This document shows positions 15,738 to 24,557 of a DNA stretch of 28,964 nt, piece after piece. Position 1 is the first letter of the stretch, and the number at the start of each line of letters is the position of its first letter. The notes under the pieces were generated by a model. It was not told the origin of the DNA, did not search any database, and saw only the letters and a program-made list of their open reading frames with translations. A program made the translations under genes and the position numbers. This DNA comes from a virus (lineage: Duplodnaviria > Caudoviricetes): the IMG/VR virus record IMGVR_UViG_3300025508_000116, positions 1 through 28,964 of that record; one strand, given 5' to 3'.

Positions 15738-17133
15738 AGCTCAGCAGATTATCTTCCAACCTAACCCGGGACCTCAGACAGACTTCCTGTCAGCTTCAGA
15801 GCAAGAGGTTCTCTATGGGGGTGCTGCTGGTGGTGGTAAGTCTTTTGCTATTGTTGCAGACCCAGTTCGTTATGTGAACAACCCCAAGTCTAGTAAGCTT
15901 CTTGTTCGTCGTAGTACTGAAGAACTTCGTGAACTTATCTCTATCTCTAAAAAGATGTACCCAGCAGCTATCCCCGGTGCTAGGTTCCTTGAGCGAGATA
16001 AGACTTGGGTGTTTCCTTCTGGTGCTACTCTCTGGATGTCTTATCTTGACAGGGATGATGACGTTGAGCGTTACCGAGGTCAGGCTTTTAATTGGATTGG
16101 CTTTGACGAACTTACTCAGTGGAATACCCCTTTTGCTTGGGACTACATGCGTTCTCGTCTCCGTACTTCTAAGGACTCAGGACTTGATCTTATTCAACGG
16201 GCTACAACAAACCCCGGAGGTATCGGGCACCATTGGGTAAAGAAAACCTTTATTAATCCTGCCCCACACAACACTAAGTTTGATGCACAGAGTATTGACG
16301 GAGAGCCTCTTGTCTGGCCTGCAGGTTCTAAGAAAGAAGGACAAGCCCTTTTCCAGCGCAAGTTTATTCCTGCTACCCTGTTTGATAACCCGTACCTCTC
16401 CGAAGATGGTATGTATGAAGCTAACCTGCTTTCCCTACCAGAACACCAAAGACGCCAACTCCTCGAAGGTGACTGGAGTGTAGCTGAAGGTGCAGCCTTC
16501 CCAGAATTTAATGTGAGTGATCATGTTATCGAACCTTTTGATATACCAGACTCGTGGGTTAGGTTTAGAGCAGCGGACTACGGATACAGTTCCCATACTG
16601 GTGTTGTTTGGATTGCTATTAGCCCTTCTGAGCAGCTTATCGTTTACCGAGAGTTATACGTCTCCAAAGTCACTGCAGCAGACCTTGCACCAATGATCCT
16701 TCGGGCAGAGCAAGGAGACCGTATTAGTTATGGAGTACTTGACTCTTCTCTCTGGCATAAGAGGGGGGATACAGGCCCAAGTCTAGCTGAGCAGATGATC
16801 ATCAGGGGATGCCGATGGAGGCCTTCAGATCGAAGCGCAGGCTCTCGTGTGGCAGGTAAGAACGAACTACACCGTAGGCTTGCAATAGACGAGATGACAG
16901 AGGAACCTAAGTTGGTATTCTTCAACACTTGTAGACACCTCATTTCTCAATTACCTTCTCTCCCACTTAGTAAGAATAATGCAGAGGATGTAGATACTAA
17001 TGCAGAAGACCACCTCTATGACGCTCTTCGTTACGGCATCATGACAAGACCTCGCAGTGACATCTTCAGTCACACAGCAGAACACTCAAGACAAAATGGC
17101 TTCCAAGCTGCAGACTCAACCTTCGGGTACTAA
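15685..17133 (+). CDS. terL: Terminase large subunit
   Basis: Walker A YGGAAGGGKS, Walker B IGFDE, ATTNPGG, nuclease DYGY and DHLYDALRY. Confidence 0.95.
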   Translation: MTNSLPASAKPAPIDVSKAQQIIFQPNPGPQTDFLSASEQEVLYGGAAGGGKSFAIVADPVRYVNNPKSSKLLVRRSTEELRELISISKKMYPAAIPGARFLERDKTWVFPSGATLWMSYLDRDDDVERYRGQAFNWIGFDELTQWNTPFAWDYMRSRLRTSKDSGLDLIQRATTNPGGIGHHWVKKTFINPAPHNTKFDAQSIDGEPLVWPAGSKKEGQALFQRKFIPATLFDNPYLSEDGMYEANLLSLPEHQRRQLLEGDWSVAEGAAFPEFNVSDHVIEPFDIPDSWVRFRAADYGYSSHTGVVWIAISPSEQLIVYRELYVSKVTAADLAPMILRAEQGDRISYGVLDSSLWHKRGDTGPSLAEQMIIRGCRWRPSDRSAGSRVAGKNELHRRLAIDEMTEEPKLVFFNTCRHLISQLPSLPLSKNNAEDVDTNAEDHLYDALRYGIMTRPRSDIFSHTAEHSRQNGFQAADSTFGY

Positions 17134-17143
17134 GGAATAGAAA

Positions 17144-19231
17144 ATGAACGTAGAAGTAGACGAAGAGAATCTCATTGGCGTTAAAGACACCACTGGAGAG
17201 TATGCAACAGATAGTTCTGCTGGCAGTATCGTAAGCTATGTGACTGAACGGTTTAATAAGGCTGAAGATGCACGATATGCTGACGAAGAGCGTTGGGTAC
17301 AAGCTTACCGTAACTACCGTGGTATCTATGGACCTGACGTACAGTTTACTGACTCTGAGAAGTCTCAAGTCTTTGTCAAAGTAACTAAGACAAAAGTACT
17401 AGCTGCTTATGGTCAAATCACTGAGGTACTTCTTGGTGGTGGTCGATTCCCTATTACTATTAATCCAACTACTCTCCCTGAGGGTGTGGAAGAAGCAGTA
17501 CACGTAGAGAATGCACCTAATGTAGCTGAGGCTTCTCAACAAAAAGGTTTGGAACCACTACTCCCCGGTGAGACTGCTGCAGAGTACCGTGAACGTCTTG
17601 GACCACTCAAGAAAGAACTTGAGGTCTTTGAGAACCTTATTCCCGGTCCCGGTCAGACTCCCACCTCTGTTACCTTTGAACCTGCTATGGTTGCAGCTAA
17701 GAAGATGGAAAAGCAAATCCATGACCAACTAGAAGAGTCTAAAGCACTTAAGCACCTTCGCTCTGCTGCCTTTGAGTGTGCCCTCTTTGGTACTGGTGTA
17801 ATGAAGGGTCCCTTCGCCCACAACAAAGAGTACCCTAACTGGGATGAAGAAGGAAACTATGATCCTACCTTTAAAGATGTACCTATGGTATCTAATGTAT
17901 CTATCTGGAATTTTTACCCAGACCCTGATGCAAATACTATGGAAGAAGTCGAGTACACAGTAGAACGCCACAAGCTCTCTCGATCTCAAATCCGTGGCCT
18001 CAAACGCCGTCCTCAGTTCCGTAGCAATGAGATTGATATTGCCATTAGTATGGGTGAGTCCTACACTAAAGAGTGGTGGGAACAGGTAATGGAGGATGAC
18101 TCTCAAGATTCCAACTCAGAGCGTTTCTCTGTACTGGAGTTCTGGGGTAACGTAGACCGTGATGTCCTCAAAGATCATGACGTAAAGATTCCAGCTTCCC
18201 TTAAAGATCGTGAAGAGATTAGCGTCAATATCTGGATTTGCAATGGTCGTGTACTTCGTCTTGTCATGAACCCTTTCACCCCTGTCAATATCCCTTACTA
18301 TGCAGTTCCTTATGAAGTGAACCCTTACTCTATCTTTGGTGTAGGTGTAGCTGAGAATATGGAAGACACACAGTTGTTGATGAATGGCTTTATGCGTATG
18401 GCTGTTGACAACGCTGCACTCTCAGGTAACTTGATCTTTGAAGTAGATGAAACTAATCTGGTTCCCGGTCAGGACCTTAAAATGTATCCCGGTAAAGTCT
18501 TTCGTCGTCAAGGCGGTGCCCCCGGTCAGTCTATCTTTGGTACAAACTTCCCTAACGTCTCTAACGAGAATATGCAGATGTTTGACAAAGCTCGTGTACT
18601 GGCTGATGAGTCTACAGGCTTCCCCTCCTTTGCACACGGTCAGACAGGTGTTAGTGGTGTAGGACGTACAGCCTCTGGTATCTCCATGCTTATGTCTGCT
18701 GCTTCTGGTTCTATCCGTACAGTGGTTAAGAACGTAGATGATTACCTTCTTGCCCCTCTGGGTAAGGCACTCTTCAACTTTAACATGCAATTCAACTTCG
18801 ACCCAGACATTAAAGGTGACCTTGAGGTTAAGGCTTCTGGTACTGATTCCTTGATGGCTAATGAAGTACGTAGTCAACGTCTTATGCAGTTCCTTGGTGT
18901 TGTCCAGAACCCTGCACTTGCACCATTTGCTAAGATGGATTATATCATTCGTGAGATTGCACGTAGCATGGACCTTGACCCTGAGAAGGTTACAAACTCT
19001 ATGCAGAAGGCTGCAATCCAAGCTGAGATTCTTAAAGGCTTCCAAGCTCCTGCTCCCGAGGGTATGCCTCCCGGTGGACCTCCCGGTACTCCTCCTCCCG
19101 GTGGACCTCCTGCTGGTGCTCAAGCTAGTGATCCTACGGGTGCTGGTGGTGGTACTATTGGTACTGGTCAGGCTCCTGTCCCCGGTGAGCAAGGCTTTAG
19201 TGGTAATACTGGTGGAGGTATGCCACAATGA
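17144..19231 (+). CDS. Portal protein
   Basis: 695 aa immediately after TerL; FGTGVMKG, FGVGV, RTASG motifs; Pro/Gly-rich C-tail. Confidence 0.85.
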   Translation: MNVEVDEENLIGVKDTTGEYATDSSAGSIVSYVTERFNKAEDARYADEERWVQAYRNYRGIYGPDVQFTDSEKSQVFVKVTKTKVLAAYGQITEVLLGGGRFPITINPTTLPEGVEEAVHVENAPNVAEASQQKGLEPLLPGETAAEYRERLGPLKKELEVFENLIPGPGQTPTSVTFEPAMVAAKKMEKQIHDQLEESKALKHLRSAAFECALFGTGVMKGPFAHNKEYPNWDEEGNYDPTFKDVPMVSNVSIWNFYPDPDANTMEEVEYTVERHKLSRSQIRGLKRRPQFRSNEIDIAISMGESYTKEWWEQVMEDDSQDSNSERFSVLEFWGNVDRDVLKDHDVKIPASLKDREEISVNIWICNGRVLRLVMNPFTPVNIPYYAVPYEVNPYSIFGVGVAENMEDTQLLMNGFMRMAVDNAALSGNLIFEVDETNLVPGQDLKMYPGKVFRRQGGAPGQSIFGTNFPNVSNENMQMFDKARVLADESTGFPSFAHGQTGVSGVGRTASGISMLMSAASGSIRTVVKNVDDYLLAPLGKALFNFNMQFNFDPDIKGDLEVKASGTDSLMANEVRSQRLMQFLGVVQNPALAPFAKMDYIIREIARSMDLDPEKVTNSMQKAAIQAEILKGFQAPAPEGMPPGGPPGTPPPGGPPAGAQASDPTGAGGGTIGTGQAPVPGEQGFSGNTGGGMPQ

Positions 19232-19419
19232 ACCTAAAACCCTTCGTGAACGACAAAGAACTCTGGCAAGCTTTCAAAGAAGAAATCGAGACCCGTATCC
19301 GTATGGCACACCGATCACTAGAGCAGCATAAAGAGTATGGGGACCTTCGTGCTACCCAAGGTAACATAGAGGCCCTACGTTCTCTGCTGCAGCTAAGGGA
19401 GAAAGTAAATGGCGGATAA
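19228..19419 (+). CDS. Small conserved coiled-coil protein after the portal
   Basis: ATGA-coupled; ..QG.I..LR.L..L motif typical of post-portal genes. Confidence 0.7.
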   Translation: MNLKPFVNDKELWQAFKEEIETRIRMAHRSLEQHKEYGDLRATQGNIEALRSLLQLREKVNGG

Positions 19420-21022
19420 GAAGCTTGAGTTAAAGAACCCAATTACAGAACACCACAAGAAATCTCTGTCTGAGGGTAAATACGTCAAGAATGAGGATGG
19501 CTCCACCTCTACAGTACGAACAGTTATTATGGGTGATGGGAAATACGAGTACCTAATACCTACTGTTTGGGAAGGTGAGATACTTTCTGATGAAGAAGCT
19601 TTTAAGAGGGCTATGTCCAGTGGGGTTAATTGGCCTAAAGCTACTGCAGGTGAATCTGGGGTAAAAGCCCTAGAGGACTTGGATAGAATTATCCATGAAG
19701 ATATTAATAAAGATAAGTATGCAGAAGGTGGAGTAGTACCAATGGAAAAACAAATGAGCCTCTTTGAAGAAGGTGGGATGGTTGATGATGGGATGGACGT
19801 TGATCCGGTAAGTGGTAATGAAGTACCCCCCGGCAGTCAAGCTGAAGAAGTCCGTGATGACCTAGACGCTAAGTTGTCTGCTGGTGAGTACGTTGTACCT
19901 GCTGATGTAGTCCAGTACTTTGGTCTTAAGTTCTTTGAGAACCTTCGTTCGGAAGCCAAAGGTGATCTGGATAAAATGGATAAAGAAGGTCGTATGGGTG
20001 GTGAACCATCTGAAGAGCCTGCCATGGGTGGTGAAGAAGAACTCTCTCCAGAAGAAATGGCTATGCTCGAAGAGATTATGGGTGGTGCCCCACAAGGTCA
20101 ACCAGAAATGCAAATGGCTGAAGGTGGTGCAGTAGAAACACCATCACTTCCTGCATCTACCTTTAACCCTACTGATTGGGCCTCTGTAGGCTCGTCCTAC
20201 GGCTCAGGGAGTGCCACCTCTGCTGGTTCAGGTAGGGCTACCTACAAAACGTATGTAGGACCCTCTGGTGAGTCTCGTTTGATCCTCTTTGTTGATGGTA
20301 AACCTGATACACCTATCCCAGAAGGTTTCACACTTAAAGAAACTGCAGCAGAAGCTCAACAAGAAAAGTCTGCAGAGTCTACTGAAGCTGAAGCAAAACT
20401 TCTTAATGAATTGGCCAATCGTGGTCCAGCTGAAGAAGGTAATGATGAACCTTCCCAGAGTTGGGGTGAAGCTAACGCAGAAGCTCTCGGTAAAGACCCT
20501 AATGCCGTAGGTTTTGCTGCTCTTGGTAAAGATACGATAGGGGATGGTATTATGGGTATGGCTCCCGGCGTTGTAGGGGGTCTTGTAGGGCTAGGGAGCG
20601 CGGGCCAAAATGTCGCAGCTGTAGCAGCAGCAAATGCATCATCTCGTATCGGAAAGGATATGGGTGAAGATACTACAGCACTAGACGCCAGTATTGCAGA
20701 GGCTAAAGCTGGTTGGGGCCGTACAGAAAATGCCATTAACTCTATTTTTGGTTCTGACGGTGACAAAGCTTATAATTCTTATCAGGAAGCTAAGGCAGAA
20801 AAAACTGGTACCACTACCACCACTCCTACAGCTACTCCTACAGCCACCCCTACAGAGACTTCAGGTCAAGCGGAAGCTGCTCCTACAGGCCCATCTGCAG
20901 GTCCAGAAGAAGGTCTCGGTGGTGGTCAAAGGAATAAAGGTGGTTTCGTAAAGAAGCCTACACCTAAGAAAACAACCAAGAAGAAAACTACACCAAAGAA
21001 AAAAGGTCTAGCCTCTAAATAA
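19409..21022 (+). CDS. Acidic/low-complexity head-associated (internal virion?) protein; probable second start at 19742
   Basis: DD.DAKLS.GEYVVPADVV motif; four xxxGGxV motifs; in-frame ATG 19742 with SD GGTGGAG. Confidence 0.7.
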   Translation: MADKKLELKNPITEHHKKSLSEGKYVKNEDGSTSTVRTVIMGDGKYEYLIPTVWEGEILSDEEAFKRAMSSGVNWPKATAGESGVKALEDLDRIIHEDINKDKYAEGGVVPMEKQMSLFEEGGMVDDGMDVDPVSGNEVPPGSQAEEVRDDLDAKLSAGEYVVPADVVQYFGLKFFENLRSEAKGDLDKMDKEGRMGGEPSEEPAMGGEEELSPEEMAMLEEIMGGAPQGQPEMQMAEGGAVETPSLPASTFNPTDWASVGSSYGSGSATSAGSGRATYKTYVGPSGESRLILFVDGKPDTPIPEGFTLKETAAEAQQEKSAESTEAEAKLLNELANRGPAEEGNDEPSQSWGEANAEALGKDPNAVGFAALGKDTIGDGIMGMAPGVVGGLVGLGSAGQNVAAVAAANASSRIGKDMGEDTTALDASIAEAKAGWGRTENAINSIFGSDGDKAYNSYQEAKAEKTGTTTTTPTATPTATPTETSGQAEAAPTGPSAGPEEGLGGGQRNKGGFVKKPTPKKTTKKKTTPKKKGLASK

Positions 21023-21037
21023 AGATAGAGACAATAA

Positions 21038-21063
21038 GGCTACCCTGCAATCACGCAGGCCCC
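21038..21063 (+). other. Hairpin just upstream of the scaffold RBS
   Basis: GG-CTAC-CCTGC-aatcac-GCAGG-CC-CC. Confidence 0.5.
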
Positions 21064-21079
21064 AACATAAGGAAATAAA

Positions 21080-21949
21080 ATGTCTAATAAAGTAATGATC
21101 AAACCTAACTCTGTTCGTCCTAATCAAGATCGGATTAAGCGAGAAGAAGCTGAACTCGAAGCACTGATGAAAGGTGAAGCTCCTGTAGAAGAAGTTGAGC
21201 AGGAAGAAGAAGTTGTAGAAGAGACTACGACAGAAGAGAAGGTAGAGGCTAAAGAGCCTGAGGATGAGACACTAACTTCTGAGGAGAAAACCTTTAAGAA
21301 ACGTTATGGTGATCTTCGCCGTCATGCAGCTAAAGAGAAACAAGAACTAGAAGATCGTATCTCTGCCCTTGAGCGTCAAGGTAAAGAAGTTAAACCACCT
21401 AAGACAGAAGAAGAGCTTACAGCTTGGGCTAAGAAGTATCCTGATGTAGCTAGTATTATTGAGACTATTGCAGATCGTAAAGCCTCGGAGAAATTTGAAG
21501 CTGCTGATGCCCGTCTTAAACTACTGGATGAACGTGAGGAGCAAGCTAACCGTGCTCAGGCCGAAGCTGCTATTATTAAAGCCCATCCAAACTTCAATGA
21601 ACTTAAGGGTTCTGACGAGTTCCATGATTGGGTAGCAGAACAACCTAAGTGGGTACAAGATGCACTCTACGAGAATGAGGACGATCCTGATTCTGTTGTA
21701 CGTGTTATTGATTTGTACAATGTGGATAACGGTCTTACACCTTCTGCACGTAAGAAGTCTACCCGTGAGGCTGCATCTGCAATCCCGTCTCGTCCCGGTT
21801 CTGCCCCCAAGGTAAATGCAGGTCAGGCTACCTTCCGAGAGAGTGATGTCCAGAAGATGACAGATAAGGCTTTTGAGAAGAATTGGGAACAGATTCAGAA
21901 AGACATGAAAACCCCCGGTTTCTACGATCTAACTGGTGGTGCACGTTAA
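21080..21949 (+). CDS. Capsid scaffolding protein (probable)
   Basis: Acidic coiled coil with FKKRYGDLRRH and HP.F..; located directly upstream of the capsid gene. Confidence 0.8.
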   Translation: MSNKVMIKPNSVRPNQDRIKREEAELEALMKGEAPVEEVEQEEEVVEETTTEEKVEAKEPEDETLTSEEKTFKKRYGDLRRHAAKEKQELEDRISALERQGKEVKPPKTEEELTAWAKKYPDVASIIETIADRKASEKFEAADARLKLLDEREEQANRAQAEAAIIKAHPNFNELKGSDEFHDWVAEQPKWVQDALYENEDDPDSVVRVIDLYNVDNGLTPSARKKSTREAASAIPSRPGSAPKVNAGQATFRESDVQKMTDKAFEKNWEQIQKDMKTPGFYDLTGGAR

Positions 21950-21962
21950 CTTAAATTATTGC

Positions 21963-21991
21963 TTGACTTCTAAGTAACAAGCAGTATAACT
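21963..21991 (+). promoter_or_regulatory. Promoter for the major capsid gene
   Basis: TTGACT-N16-TATAAC, sharing TTGACTTC...AGTATAACTT with 9072-9101. Confidence 0.75.
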
Positions 21992-22003
21992 TAGGGTACG
22001 AAG

Positions 22004-22144
22004 GAGAATAGGGCCTCCCACTGTGGACACCCCTATCTCTTTTATCCCCAAATACTACAAGAGTAAACAATAAGTAGAATCACCTGCCTGAGTATAGGCC
22101 CGTTGATATCAAAGTTGGCCGACTGAGATATTGATGCACCCTAG
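22004..22144 (+). other. Structured 5' leader of capsid mRNA (two hairpins)
   Basis: ATAGGG-CC-TCC..GGA-CAC-CCCTAT and TAGG-CC-CGTTGATATC..GATATTGATG-CAC-CCTA. Confidence 0.6.
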
Positions 22145-22209
22145 AAACCGACAGCCTCTTCTTGTATGTCTTTAGCTCTAATTCAGCCAAATATCATAGG
22201 AGAATAATG

Positions 22210-23283
22210 ATGGCTTTTGCAACAGCAGGAGGTTATGGTAACCTTCCAAACGGTAACTTCAGTTCCGTTATCTACTCGAAGAAAGTCCAACTGGCTTTCC
22301 GTAAGTCTACAGTCGTAGGCGATATCTCTAACTCTGACTACTTTGGTGAGATTGCTTCTCAGGGTGATACAGTACGTATTATCAAAGAGCCTGAAATCAC
22401 CGTAAGTGAGTACAAGCGCGGCTCTCAGATTCAAGCACAAGACTTGGATGATGAGGACTTCTCTCTGGTAATCGACAAAGCTAACTCTTTTGCTTTCAAG
22501 ATTGACGATCTGGAAGAGGCCCACAGCCACGTAAACTTCATGGACCTTGCTACTAACCGTGCAGCCTACCGTCTGGCTGACCAACACGACCAAGAAGCTC
22601 TGGGTTACCTGTCAGGTTATAAGCAGTCCGCTCTGCACTCGAACGCAGACACTGTGAATGACGTTGTGAACGGTTCTAAGGCAGTCTCTACTGCTGGTTC
22701 CGATGAACTGCTGACTTCAATGAAGATCATCAAAGGTAGCTTTGGTAACATCACAACTGGTTCTGCTGGCGATCACTCGATCCCCGTAGCTGCTCGTTTG
22801 CCCGGTGCTACTGCCCTGCCAACAGAATATGTCTCTCCGGTTATGTTGATTAACCGTATGGGCCGTCTTCTGGATCAACAGCGTGTTGATAAAGCTGGCC
22901 GTTGGTTGGTGATTGACCCAGTACTGATGGAAGTTCTGCAGGACGAAGACTCTCGTTTCCTGAACGCAGACTTTGGTGATTCAGGTGCCCTGCGTAATGG
23001 CTTGGTTCTGAATAACTGGAATGGCTTCCGCGTCTACGTCTCTAACAACCTTCCCGTTGTTGGTGGTGGTGCTGCTACAACTGGGGTTGCTAACCAGAAC
23101 ACTGACTATGGTGTTATCGTAGCTGGTCATGATTCTGCTGTAGCAACTGCTGAGCAAATCAACAAGACAGAGACCTACCGTGACCCTGACAGCTTTGCTG
23201 ACATTTGCCGTGGTCTTCATCTTTACGGTCGTAAGATTCTTCGTCCAGAAGCGCTTACAACTGCTAAATATAATCTCGCATAA
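22210..23283 (+). CDS. Major capsid protein
   Basis: MAFATAGGYGNLPNGNFS...GDTVRI...F.IDD.E...R.PDSFADI.RGLHLYG.KILRPE; SD AGGAG before ATG 22207/22210; codon bias consistent with high expression. Confidence 0.9.
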   Translation: MAFATAGGYGNLPNGNFSSVIYSKKVQLAFRKSTVVGDISNSDYFGEIASQGDTVRIIKEPEITVSEYKRGSQIQAQDLDDEDFSLVIDKANSFAFKIDDLEEAHSHVNFMDLATNRAAYRLADQHDQEALGYLSGYKQSALHSNADTVNDVVNGSKAVSTAGSDELLTSMKIIKGSFGNITTGSAGDHSIPVAARLPGATALPTEYVSPVMLINRMGRLLDQQRVDKAGRWLVIDPVLMEVLQDEDSRFLNADFGDSGALRNGLVLNNWNGFRVYVSNNLPVVGGGAATTGVANQNTDYGVIVAGHDSAVATAEQINKTETYRDPDSFADICRGLHLYGRKILRPEALTTAKYNLA

Positions 23284-23296
23284 GGAGACCTAGACG

Positions 23297-23779
23297 ATGG
23301 CTACTATTACTACATACGTACAGGCTGTTGGCGGTCAGGGTAATCCCGGTCGTAAGCCTTACTTGGTTGAACGTGAAGTTGATCTTGTAGCAGAGGGTCC
23401 TGCCCCCTCTACTGCAGATGTTCTTCAAGTTCTGTCTATCCCAGCGAATACCATGATCATGGCTGCTGGTGTTGAAGTCCTCGAAGTTGCAGTCCAGAAT
23501 ACTGGTACTGACGCTACGGTTGACGTTGGCACTTCCACAGATGATGATGAGTGGGTTGTGGCATTTGATATTGACGGTGCTGCCGTTGGTGCTTATGGTC
23601 CAATCTCTGCTGCTGCTACTACGCAGATTGATGGTGCAGCTAATACGCTGGACTTGACATTCGCTGGTACAGGTGCAAGCTTCACTGCTGGTAAACTCCG
23701 TGTCTTCGCAATGTTGATGGACGTTGACGGCATGGGTGGTTCTAAGACTGCTGCTGAAGTTGCCCGCGACCAAGTCTAA
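23297..23779 (+). CDS. Capsid decoration/minor head protein (probable)
   Basis: Beta-rich, co-transcribed with the capsid gene ahead of a terminator; SD AAGGAG. Confidence 0.65.
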   Translation: MATITTYVQAVGGQGNPGRKPYLVEREVDLVAEGPAPSTADVLQVLSIPANTMIMAAGVEVLEVAVQNTGTDATVDVGTSTDDDEWVVAFDIDGAAVGAYGPISAAATTQIDGAANTLDLTFAGTGASFTAGKLRVFAMLMDVDGMGGSKTAAEVARDQV

Positions 23780-23788
23780 ATAAAGATC

Positions 23789-23826
23789 GGGGGCTGCTTG
23801 AAAGGGTGGCCCTCTTTCCCCTTTTT
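23789..23826 (+). terminator. Rho-independent terminator after the capsid genes
   Basis: GGGGCTGCTT-GAAA-GGGTGGCCCT stem-loop followed by a pyrimidine/T tract. Confidence 0.7.
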
Positions 23827-23840
23827 ATCAAGGAAACTCA

Positions 23841-24557
23841 ATGTCAAACTTCGTTACTCTTACAAATCTAGTGCTGACAAGGTTGAACGAGGTTCCTTTG
23901 GACACTGGTGGTGAAGGATTCGCTACAGTACGTAATGTCCAAGCTCTCGCTAAGAATGCAGTTAATAATGCAATCTATGAAATCTGTCAGACAGGTCAAG
24001 AATGGCCTTTCCTGAAACAAGCATACACAGAGACTCTAGTAGCAGGTACGAAGACTTATAACTTCCCTTCAGACTACTCCTCTCCTGACTATGATACCTT
24101 CTTCCTAAAAAAGAATGATACACTGGGTGCTGAACCTCGTACACTAACACCACTTACTTTTGAACAATATATTCAGAACCATAAGATTCAAGATGAGAAT
24201 GGAGATAGTGGTACAGGTATCTCAGAGCCTTACTTCGTGTATCAGACCTACGGTGAAGCCTTTGGTGTCACCCCAGTACCAGATGCAGCTTACGAAGTAG
24301 AGTACACTTACTGGAAAATTCCTACAGCTCTTACTCTCTACAATGATGAAGCGGTAGTCCCTGCTAGGTTTAACCATATTATCGTTGATGGTGCTATGAT
24401 GTACATGATGCGGTTTCGTTCTAATAATGAATCTGCAATGATCCATAAGCAAGCCTTTGATGCTGGTATTGGAACTATGCGTCGAGTTCTTATTGATGAA
24501 CCTTTGGATGCTAACTCTACTATGATTCAAGGTAAGAGAAAAGGACGACTCAATTAA
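23841..24557 (+). CDS. Tail adaptor / tail tubular protein A-like
   Basis: LTN.VL.RLNE, EWPF and P.PD..Y...Y.Y motifs; position after the capsid genes. Confidence 0.75.
   Translation: MSNFVTLTNLVLTRLNEVPLDTGGEGFATVRNVQALAKNAVNNAIYEICQTGQEWPFLKQAYTETLVAGTKTYNFPSDYSSPDYDTFFLKKNDTLGAEPRTLTPLTFEQYIQNHKIQDENGDSGTGISEPYFVYQTYGEAFGVTPVPDAAYEVEYTYWKIPTALTLYNDEAVVPARFNHIIVDGAMMYMMRFRSNNESAMIHKQAFDAGIGTMRRVLIDEPLDANSTMIQGKRKGRLN

Noticed and set aside
18422-19228. 268-aa - strand ORF and other antisense ORFs within portal, capsid and tail genes
   Set aside because: These are a by-product of T-ending codon bias on the coding strand (Thr/Ser-rich shadows) with no RBS.
22162-22209. N-terminal extension of the capsid protein from TTG 22162
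   Set aside because: The SD AGGAG sits directly before ATG 22207/22210, and the extension lies in the leader.
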